Source: an uncultured Spirochaetota bacterium
Lineage (GTDB): Bacteria; Spirochaetota; Brevinematia; Brevinematales; JAOACQ01
Direction of reading: 5' to 3'
Assembly: GCA_963768055.1 (NCBI GenBank)
Contig: CAVYGN010000001.1
Span: forward strand, 1,408,001 to 1,472,000
Length of the DNA stretch: 64,000 nt
A program made the position numbers and the translations under genes. Position 1 is the stretch's first letter. Each line of letters begins with the position of its first letter. Positions 20,900 through 28,975 of the stretch are shown here, in pieces. Below the pieces are notes generated by a model. It worked only from the letters and a program-made list of their open reading frames with translations. It did not search any database and had not been told where the DNA came from.

Positions 20900-22597
20900 T
20901 TAATCTCCGACATTTGTAACTAAATCACCCCCCGTATTTCCGCTAATATTGTCAAGGATGAAATAATTGATCGTATTCATATAGCCTAAAACCCCTCCGC
21001 CGCTGTTGCCGCCCCCTGCAGCTGAATTGCCGGTTATAGTACAATTGATAAAGTAGTTATTACCGCTTGAAGAGTCAAGAAATACTCCGCCGCCCCATGT
21101 AATAGTGTTATTTCCGGTTATAAAACAGTTGCTCACAATGTTGCCTGACGAATTATAAAAAGCGAATCCCCCTCCGTCCTGCCACGAAAGGTTTACAGCA
21201 CAATCGTTATTCGATACGACAAAATTGTTGAAGGTATTATTTCCAGAAGTATCCAGAAGCACTCCGTTGCCGTTCGTGGAATTCCTTATCACAAGGTTAT
21301 TGAACGTGAGATTTGTCGATCCTGATATATCCAGCACAAAATATTGTGAAGAAACATAATAGTAAAAACCCCCATCCAGGACACTCATTCCATTCGCAGC
21401 GGTAAAATTATTATTAAAACCCCCCGTAAGAGCGATATTCTGAACATTATTGAAGTAAACCCCCGGCATCGAGGAAGCTATTGCCGATGTCGACAAACCG
21501 ATGTTGGTAGAATAGACCCCTGACTGCAGAAATATATTGTGCATTCCCCAGGTTACCGCGTCGGCTAAGGCGGTCTGAATTGTAAGCAAGGGTGATGAAG
21601 GCGTAATGCCGCTATAAGTGTCGTTCCCGGTGCCAAACGGGGCGACAAAGACCGTATTGGGACCGCCCCTCCATAACGAAGGGATTTGCGCGTCGTATGT
21701 CGTGGTGTTGTAGCGGTACAGGTTGTAATACCCCTTCCCGTACCTGTCGGATGAGAAATATACCTTATAATGGTCGGCTGTGTCGATGAATGGATAAGCG
21801 TCGTTAAAGGACGAAGCGTAAGCGGAAATGGCATAAGTGGCCAGGCCGCTTGCCGGCCCTGTTATATATATTTCACCGCCAAGCTGCCTTTTAGCGCCGG
21901 GCGTGCTGTCGTATAACATATAAATGCTTGTAAATGTCCCGGAAGAGACCTGGTAGCCCGCGACGGAATTGTGCGGGCTCGATGCCAATATCGAACCGGT
22001 TTGCATCCAGTATCCGGCATTCCAAGAATAATTCAAAATAGTTGAAGGACTGCTTTTCTGAACTACCAGTAAATATGGAGCACCGCTCGCCGGGGTAATT
22101 ACATTTATATCAACTGCGTCTGCACCGGGTATACTTATAACCGAACCGCTTACATGAAACGCTGAGTCAAGCGGGTATGTCAATATATTCGTAGTAGCGG
22201 CGGTTTCTGAAATATATGAAATGTATGTAATGCCGCTGTACTGAAATAACACAGGGGAAAAATCAATGGTACCGGCCTGGTTGATATCAGTCCCCAATTC
22301 ATTAAGGTTGAAAAACTTTCCCGCCGAATCCATCTGCGCATAATAAACGGCTAGAGAGCCGCCCCTGTCGGAAGCGAAAAATATATATGTGTTCCCGCCG
22401 TTCCTGAACATGAAGGGCGTGATATCGTTCGCGGTATCGGAACTGAGATAGCCTCCCCCCTCCATGGCCAGACTCAACTTTTCCGCCTGCCGGGACGTCT
22501 TTCCGCTGTTAGTGCCGTTATGCGATAAAAAACCGCTGCAGCTGTAAAGCGCCGCCGCCGCGTTAATCACTAAGATTATTCTTAATATTGCTTTCAT
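20900..22597 (-). CDS. Lipoprotein paralogue 1: TolB/PD40-like propeller + right-handed beta-helix
   Basis: LYSC lipobox; FFASDRGG/YFSSDRYG PD40 motifs; VFVAP.G.D...P..TIQ.A followed by GGG-containing beta-helix repeats. Confidence 0.8.
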   Translation of the reverse strand: MKAILRIILVINAAAALYSCSGFLSHNGTNSGKTSRQAEKLSLAMEGGGYLSSDTANDITPFMFRNGGNTYIFFASDRGGSLAVYYAQMDSAGKFFNLNELGTDINQAGTIDFSPVLFQYSGITYISYISETAATTNILTYPLDSAFHVSGSVISIPGADAVDINVITPASGAPYLLVVQKSSPSTILNYSWNAGYWMQTGSILASSPHNSVAGYQVSSGTFTSIYMLYDSTPGAKRQLGGEIYITGPASGLATYAISAYASSFNDAYPFIDTADHYKVYFSSDRYGKGYYNLYRYNTTTYDAQIPSLWRGGPNTVFVAPFGTGNDTYSGITPSSPLLTIQTALADAVTWGMHNIFLQSGVYSTNIGLSTSAIASSMPGVYFNNVQNIALTGGFNNNFTAANGMSVLDGGFYYYVSSQYFVLDISGSTNLTFNNLVIRNSTNGNGVLLDTSGNNTFNNFVVSNNDCAVNLSWQDGGGFAFYNSSGNIVSNCFITGNNTITWGGGVFLDSSSGNNYFINCTITGNSAAGGGNSGGGVLGYMNTINYFILDNISGNTGGDLVTNVGD

Positions 22598-22640
22598 AAG
22601 CCCTCCCCCGATTTAACCCTCCGAAGCTCTTGTCGCAGTA

Positions 22641-22669
22641 ATTTTGATAACCGGGAATATCATTGTCAA
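22641..22669 (-). promoter_or_regulatory. Putative sigma70 promoter for paralogue 1 and the downstream FecR/cyclase genes
   Basis: TTGACA-N17-CAAAAT on the minus strand. Confidence 0.55.
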
Positions 22670-22772
22670 TTAATTAAACATATAATTGTTAAATAAAACC
22701 CGTGTCCGGGGCAACCATGATACCTGATTTTATAAAATATTCCTCCTTAATCTGCGGAGTTCGACCCAAATA

Positions 22773-24518
22773 TTATCCCCCGCTGTTATTGTTTGTCGAC
22801 GCATCGTCCGGGCCGCCCGAATTTGAATTATTGATGATGGTTGTACCGGGGAAATAATTTCTCAAATCAAGAAGCGAAGTGGAATTCGTACTATAGCAAT
22901 AAACGCCGCCGCCGGGGCTGTAATATATCAAATTATACATTATACTGCAATTATTGAAATAATTGCTCGTGCTATTTTGATCAAGATATACTCCACCGCC
23001 GTACCAAAGGGCATTATTAAAAGTTATCAAACAATTATTGAATACATTGTTCCATGAACCCGTGGCATAAATACCGCCGCCTTCTATTGGAATTGTGTAC
23101 TGTAAGGAGTAAAAACCGTTATTCGATATGACCAGGTTGCTGAATACCGAATTAACTACTCCGCTTAAGTACACTCCCTGCCCGTTCGTCGCGTTCCTTA
23201 TCACAAGATTATTGAACGTGAGATTTGCCGAAGATAATATATCCAGCACATAATATTGTGAAGATTGATTATAGTAATAACCCCCGTCCAGAACGCTCAT
23301 TCCGTTCGCAGCGGTAAAATTATTATCAAAACCCCCCGTAAGGGCGATATTCTGAACATTATTGAAGTAAACCCCCGGCGTCGAGGAAGCCATTGCCGAT
23401 GTCGACAAACCGATGTTGGTAGAATAGACCCCTGACTGCAGAAATATATTGTGCATTCCCCAGCTTACCGCATCGTTTACGGCGTTCTGAATTGTAAGAA
23501 GGGGCGATGATGGAACAAAGCCGCTGTGAGAGTCGCTGCCAGGGTTGGCCGTACCCAGCGGGGCGACAAATACCGTATTGGGCCCGCCCTTCCATAATGA
23601 TGGAATTTGCGCGTCGTAAGTCGTGGTGTTGTAGCGGTAAAGGTTGTAATACCCCTTCCCGTACCTGTCGGACGAGAAATACACCTTGTAATGGTCTGCA
23701 GCGTCGATGAAGGGATATGCATCGTTAAAGGACGAAGAGTAAGCTGATATAGGATATGGAGCCAAACCGGTAAGCGATGCTTCGGTTATCCAAACTTCCC
23801 CGCTGAGCTGCCTTTTGGAGCCGGCCGTGCTGTCGTATAGCATGTAAAGGCTTGTAAACGGTCCGGAAGAGACCTGGTAGCCAGCGACTGAATTGTGGGG
23901 GCTCGATACCGCTATCGAACCTGTTTGCATCCAGTATCCGGCATTCCAAGAATAATTCAAAATAGTTGAAGGATTGCTTTTCTGAACTACCAGTAAATAT
24001 GGAGCACCGCTCGCCGGGGTAATTACATTTATATCAACTGCGTCTGCGCTGGGTATACTTATAACCGAACCGCTTACATGAAACGCTGAGTTAACGGGGT
24101 ATGTAAATATATTTGTAGCACCGGCGGTTTCTGAAATATACGAAATGTATGTATTGCCGCCGTATTGAAACAGTACGGGAGAAAAATTAACAGTCCCGGC
24201 CTGGTTTATATCAGTCCCCAATTTATTCAGGTTGTAAAACAGCCCCGCCGAATCCATCTGCGCGTAATAAATGGCAAGAGCGCCGTCCCTGTCCGATGCG
24301 AAAAAAATATAAGTGCTCCCGTTCCTGAACATGAAGGGCGTAATATCGTTCGCGGTATCGGAACTGAGATATCCGCCCCCCTCCATCGCCAGGTTAAGCT
24401 TCTCAGCCTGCCGGGTTGTCTTACCGCTGTTCGTGCCGTTATGCGACAGGTACCCGCTGCAGCTGTAAAGCGCCGCCGCCACAGCAATAACCATGAATAT
24501 TCTTAATACTGTTTTCAT
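22773..24518 (-). CDS. Lipoprotein paralogue 2: propeller + beta-helix
   Basis: Highly similar to paralogue 1 over ~440 aa, divergent C-terminus. Confidence 0.8.
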   Translation of the reverse strand: MKTVLRIFMVIAVAAALYSCSGYLSHNGTNSGKTTRQAEKLNLAMEGGGYLSSDTANDITPFMFRNGSTYIFFASDRDGALAIYYAQMDSAGLFYNLNKLGTDINQAGTVNFSPVLFQYGGNTYISYISETAGATNIFTYPVNSAFHVSGSVISIPSADAVDINVITPASGAPYLLVVQKSNPSTILNYSWNAGYWMQTGSIAVSSPHNSVAGYQVSSGPFTSLYMLYDSTAGSKRQLSGEVWITEASLTGLAPYPISAYSSSFNDAYPFIDAADHYKVYFSSDRYGKGYYNLYRYNTTTYDAQIPSLWKGGPNTVFVAPLGTANPGSDSHSGFVPSSPLLTIQNAVNDAVSWGMHNIFLQSGVYSTNIGLSTSAMASSTPGVYFNNVQNIALTGGFDNNFTAANGMSVLDGGYYYNQSSQYYVLDILSSANLTFNNLVIRNATNGQGVYLSGVVNSVFSNLVISNNGFYSLQYTIPIEGGGIYATGSWNNVFNNCLITFNNALWYGGGVYLDQNSTSNYFNNCSIMYNLIYYSPGGGVYCYSTNSTSLLDLRNYFPGTTIINNSNSGGPDDASTNNNSGG

Positions 24519-24546
24519 ACCCTCACCCCCGTCTAAATCTACCCAT

Positions 24547-24576
24547 AGTTTAACTTACACTCATAACCGTTGTCAA
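24547..24576 (-). promoter_or_regulatory. Putative sigma70 promoter for paralogue 2
   Basis: TTGACA-N18-TAAACT on the minus strand. Confidence 0.5.
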
Positions 24577-24624
24577 TTAAACTGATTCTTTTTAAATATC
24601 CCTAAAGGATAAGCCCTCATGGCC

Positions 24625-25620
24625 TTAAAACCCGGACCTTAACGATGAGGGGACTTCCTTATCGTAAGTCATCACATTATACCTGTAAAGGTTGAAACCT
24701 TTACCGAGCCTGTCGGAGGCGAAATACACCTTGTATCCACCGCCTGTATCTACATAGGGATAAGCGTCGTCTGCAGTAGAAGAATAATTAGAGATCGCGA
24801 AAGTGCTAAGATTCGTGACATTTCCGAAACTCCAGACCTCGCCTGCCAGCTGCCTTATAGCCCCGGAAAACGTATCGTATATGATGTACATATTTGTGGC
24901 CGGCCCTGCCGTAGTCACGAACTCCGATGCAGAATAATGCGGGACTGTCAGGTTTATCGCGTTGGTAAAGGACCATGTAAAACCTGCCGAAACGAATAAA
25001 CTGTGAAAGTAATATTCCTGGAACGTCTTCGCTCCCGAGCCCGTCCCATCCACGGCAATAAGGAATGGGGTCCCGTCACTGCCGGTGTAGGAGCTTATCT
25101 GAATGAAATCGGATATGCCCGATATCGGAAAAGAAGATATAGTAGTACCATTCGTTACGAACGACTGGTCGATCCCGTATGTCTGGATATTTGTCAGGCT
25201 GTTCTTGAACGCAACGAAATTCACGGTCATAAATGAAATGAAATTAGACCCTCCGAACTGGAACACCACGGGTGAAAAATTAGTCGTGCCGGTCTGGTTT
25301 ATATCGGGGCCCATCTCTTTAAGGTTGAAAAAATTACCGGCTGAATCCATCTGGGCGTAATAGATGGCGTATGTCCCGCCCCTGTCCGATGCAAAGAAGA
25401 GATAAGCGTTCCCGGTGCTCTTATCCCTGAAAAGGAACGGGGTTATATCGTTGGCTGTGTCAGAACTGACATAACCGCCTCCCTCTAGGGCCAGGTTAAT
25501 TTTCTCGACCTGCCGGGAGCTCTTCCCGCTGTTAGTCGCGTTGTTTGTAAGATAGCCGCTGCATGAAGTTAGGGCTTCCGCGGCTATTATCGATATATAT
25601 ATTTTATTAACACGGCTCAT
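24625..25620 (-). CDS. Lipoprotein paralogue 3: propeller domain only
   Basis: LTSC lipobox; same EGGGY.SSDTANDITPF...FFASDRGG N-terminus; ends where the beta-helix starts in paralogues 1 and 2. Confidence 0.8.
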   Translation of the reverse strand: MSRVNKIYISIIAAEALTSCSGYLTNNATNSGKSSRQVEKINLALEGGGYVSSDTANDITPFLFRDKSTGNAYLFFASDRGGTYAIYYAQMDSAGNFFNLKEMGPDINQTGTTNFSPVVFQFGGSNFISFMTVNFVAFKNSLTNIQTYGIDQSFVTNGTTISSFPISGISDFIQISSYTGSDGTPFLIAVDGTGSGAKTFQEYYFHSLFVSAGFTWSFTNAINLTVPHYSASEFVTTAGPATNMYIIYDTFSGAIRQLAGEVWSFGNVTNLSTFAISNYSSTADDAYPYVDTGGGYKVYFASDRLGKGFNLYRYNVMTYDKEVPSSLRSGF

Positions 25621-25639
25621 ATTATCCTCCTATGTAAAA

Positions 25640-25668
25640 AAGCTAAATAATTTACACAGGATCGTCAA
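25640..25668 (-). promoter_or_regulatory. Putative sigma70 promoter for paralogue 3
   Basis: TTGACG-N17-TAGCTT on the minus strand. Confidence 0.4.
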
Positions 25669-25734
25669 TAGGTTGGTGAAAAGAAATGTAATTTCGAGGA
25701 CTTTAGACATCTCAACGGCAATGATTCGGGGGAT

Positions 25735-25894
25735 TTAGAGGCTTAATCCCGTCCTGTTTTTGAAATGCTGTTCAATAGGGCCAACATATAGAAAGATGTG
25801 TTGCTCCCGTATCTGCAAGAGCGGATACATCTATTCCCTGCAGCTCGTGTTTTCTTGGATTCTTTAATAACAATTTCTCATAAGACAATCCCAT
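25735..25894 (-). pseudogene. Clan AA (retropepsin-like) aspartic protease remnant
   Basis: GGAGG RBS; MGLSYEKLLLKNPRKHELQGIDVSALADTGATHL (DTGA catalytic motif) then a stop after 40 aa; a second frame gives YVGPIEQHFKNRTG, which resembles a downstream family segment. Confidence 0.65.
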
Positions 25895-26063
25895 AAATCC
25901 TCCCGTATGAATACACATAATATCCTATATTATTTTACTTATTAAATCAAAACAGCACCGGAACCGAAGATATGCAGGTAAGTCGCACATAAGGGGATAC
26001 ACATTATAATTATGGAATTATCCATGAAATCATCGTATAATTATCAATGATGATTGTGAATTA

Positions 26064-26208
26064 CACTGAGTCTCAGAGACGCGGAGAATTTATAAGAAAA
26101 GGTCCATTAATTAAATTATTCTATTCATTACTTACCAGAAATGATTTTAAAATGATTTTAAAGGACATATTAAGATTGATATATAAAAAAAACTCTGTGA
26201 CTCTGTGG
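26064..26208. repeat. Periodic (8-nt) inverted-repeat element enclosing an AT-rich spacer
   Basis: cactgagt ctcagaga cgcggaga ... ctctgtga ctctgtgg. Confidence 0.6.
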
Positions 26209-26254
26209 CTTGTAAAATAATCCTCGAAACCATAATTTTTATTTGGGTTTAAGA

Positions 26255-27556
26255 ATGAATATAATACTTAAGGTTCAACACCTTTACAATAACAATGTGA
26301 TTTTCAAGCGGTTTCTCAAGATCTTCAGCGTCGACCTGCTTGTAAAATTGTCCGGTTTTATCCTTCTTCCCGTCTACCTCAAGCTTATGACCCAGGACGA
26401 ATTCGGGCTGTACGGTTATTTTCTTTCCATCATTGGCACTTTCGCCCTTGTCCTTAATTTCGGTTTTTATACTCCCCAGTCGAAGCTCTACCATGATTTT
26501 AAGGGCATGAGCCGCTCTACCCTGCTGTTCACCATAAATGCAATGCTCGTAATTTTCCTGGCCCTTGTTTTAGCGCCGCTATACCTCACGGGCGCCGATA
26601 AAAAAATAGTTTCTTTCCTTGTCGCTCAGCCCATTAGCTACGATAAATACAGGTGGATCGTTTTCGCCGCGATCCTGGTCTCGGTTTTTTCATCCATCCT
26701 TTACAACTTCTTTATGACGAGCGAAAAGATAGTAAAAGTCCAGACCTATAACGTTCTGAAACTTTTTCTCATCAACGGGCTGGCAGTACTTTTTTTAATT
26801 ATTTCAGGGCGGGACGGTGTTTTTATTCGCCTGGTTTTTACTTTCGGGACCGAGGGCGTAATACTGTTCTTCTTTTATTTTTTTTACATTTCCGAAATGC
26901 ATTTCCATTTCGACTTCGCGAAAGCTAAACGGGCGCTGGCCATGGCCGTTCCCGCCCTCCTTTCGGCTCTCATCGGCATTCTATACAACATCAGCGACAG
27001 GTTTTTCATAGCCCATTTCACAAAGGGATTTGCCAATATGGCCGTCTATAATGTAGGCGTGACGGTTGCCGGGATAATCGGGCTCATGTTTTCTTCTTTT
27101 AATAATATATGGATGCCGCTATTTTTTAAAGAAAAGGATATCCATGTCAATGACAGGAATACGGGCCGCGCTGCACTTGTTTTAACAGCGGTTTTTCTAT
27201 TCGTTTCAACGGGTCTTTTTATTATTACATGGGGACTCCTTTATGTTCATATCATCGATAAAAAGTATTCGGATGTCCTCAGACTTCTACCCCTGCTTTT
27301 CCTGGCTCAGATCATTCAATCCCTTGCTTTTTTGTATAATAATTATATGGCGTATTTTGAAAAAGTATTTATGGTCACTATCATCGGCGCGGCGGCGAGC
27401 ATCCTCATGCTTGTCCTGAATTACATATTGGTGCCGATGTGGAATATTTACGGGGCCGCTGTCGCTCTTGTTCTGGTTTCGTTTTTCACCCTTGCCTCTT
27501 TTTACACGCTGGCGCGCTTTTTCATCAGGTCGAATATGAAAGGAGCCTTGAAATGA
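26255..27556 (+). CDS. Wzx-type oligosaccharide flippase
   Basis: About 12 TM helices; LLPVYLKLMTQDEFGLY, SDRFFI, LNYILVPMWNIYGAAVA. Confidence 0.88.
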   Translation: MNIILKVQHLYNNNVIFKRFLKIFSVDLLVKLSGFILLPVYLKLMTQDEFGLYGYFLSIIGTFALVLNFGFYTPQSKLYHDFKGMSRSTLLFTINAMLVIFLALVLAPLYLTGADKKIVSFLVAQPISYDKYRWIVFAAILVSVFSSILYNFFMTSEKIVKVQTYNVLKLFLINGLAVLFLIISGRDGVFIRLVFTFGTEGVILFFFYFFYISEMHFHFDFAKAKRALAMAVPALLSALIGILYNISDRFFIAHFTKGFANMAVYNVGVTVAGIIGLMFSSFNNIWMPLFFKEKDIHVNDRNTGRAALVLTAVFLFVSTGLFIITWGLLYVHIIDKKYSDVLRLLPLLFLAQIIQSLAFLYNNYMAYFEKVFMVTIIGAAASILMLVLNYILVPMWNIYGAAVALVLVSFFTLASFYTLARFFIRSNMKGALK

Positions 27557-28827
27557 TAGAATTAAAGGATAAGCCTTACCGGAAGTTTAATTGCCCTAAA
27601 TGTTTTTCCGGCAATATAAAAGTCCTGGGTTCTGTTTTCCCCGGGATACATATACTCGCGGACTGCGAATGTACCGACTGCGGCTCTTCATTTTATCATG
27701 ATTTTCCTGTAGGCCATGCCCTGAATTATCCCTGTTCGCTGGATAAATCGACAGGCGAAGTCATAGATCCGAACCATATCGAGTGGTTTTCCGAGCCGCT
27801 TAAAGAAGGATTCCTTCATCCCGATAATGAGCCTCCGAAAGTCGAAATTAGAAAATTAAAAGAAAAAAAAGAGGCGGTCCTGCTTAATTGCCTGGATTAT
27901 CTCTACGGCCATGTCCTGCTTAAGCTTTTCAATGCCGTATATTATATAGATAACTTTCCTGATAAAGGTCTTGTCGTTATTATTCCAAAGGGATTCGAGT
28001 GGCTCCTGCCTGAAGGCATAAGCGAGGCATGGATTTTCGATATAAGGATTAAGGATGCTCGGAAATGGTACGCGGGTTTCAACCTCTTTGTCCAGGAACA
28101 GCTCCTGCGCTTTGAAAGGGTTTTTTTGAGCCTTGCTTTTTCACAACCCGATTTCTCGGAATTCGACATAAGCCGTTATACGGGCGTCAAACCTTTCGAT
28201 TTAAACAGATATAATGAAAACGATCCTTTTGTTACATTTATTTCCAGGGAAGACCGCTTGTGGTTTGCCTCGGGAAGCAGGCTGATTTTCTATAAAATAT
28301 TAAATAAACTGGGCTTAGGGAATTTATTCAGGAAGCATTTCCTTAAATGCCAGGCCCGTTCGATCAACAGGCTTGCTGCACTTATAAATAAGAAGATCCC
28401 GGGAATAAAATTCGCAGCCGCCGGCCTGGGCGTTACCGGCCGGCTGCTTCCATTTATCCTGGATTTCCGTACAAAAAAAATGACTCATGAAAAGGAAACG
28501 GCTTTATGCGGCCTTTATTCCCGTAGCAATGTCGTTATAGGCGTTCATGGCTCCAATATGATCCTTCCCACTGCGCTTGCCGCGGGCTTTGTCGAGATCC
28601 TTCCTGAGGACCGTTACGGCAATATACTCCAGGAAATAGGAAATCCGAATAAAGGGAGGGAGCTCTTTTTTTACGGGCGTTTGCTCTACGGCCATCCTTC
28701 GGAGGATGAAATATCCGGGTTAATTGCCTCAATGATCCTTGACCGGGAAGACTTCGACAGGGTTATAAACGCAAAATACCTGCGGCATGGCATATATGAG
28801 GATGTCAGCGCCTGGGAAAAGAAATAA
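27553..28827 (+). CDS. Hypothetical glycan-locus protein (Zn-ribbon N-terminus, GT61-like C-terminus)
   Basis: ATGA overlap with the flippase stop; CPKC...CECTDC; LYGHVLL; VIGVHGSNM resembling the GT61 HG motif. Confidence 0.55.
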   Translation: MIELKDKPYRKFNCPKCFSGNIKVLGSVFPGIHILADCECTDCGSSFYHDFPVGHALNYPCSLDKSTGEVIDPNHIEWFSEPLKEGFLHPDNEPPKVEIRKLKEKKEAVLLNCLDYLYGHVLLKLFNAVYYIDNFPDKGLVVIIPKGFEWLLPEGISEAWIFDIRIKDARKWYAGFNLFVQEQLLRFERVFLSLAFSQPDFSEFDISRYTGVKPFDLNRYNENDPFVTFISREDRLWFASGSRLIFYKILNKLGLGNLFRKHFLKCQARSINRLAALINKKIPGIKFAAAGLGVTGRLLPFILDFRTKKMTHEKETALCGLYSRSNVVIGVHGSNMILPTALAAGFVEILPEDRYGNILQEIGNPNKGRELFFYGRLLYGHPSEDEISGLIASMILDREDFDRVINAKYLRHGIYEDVSAWEKK

Positions 28828-28975
28828 ATTGACAAACAAACCGACGGGTTTTATTCTATTGAATTAAAAATTCAAGACCATGAAGATTTTATACTGTAAA
28901 ATAACCTCCAGGCGAACGAATAAAGCGTTAGCGCGGCTTTGCCATGTAAAGATTTCCGCAAAGAGTTTAATTGAT

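Noticed and set aside
20900..24518. Diversity-generating retroelement (TR/VR pair) in the lipoprotein paralogues
   Set aside because: No reverse transcriptase in the window, mismatches in the shared tracts are not adenine-specific, and both copies are full genes.
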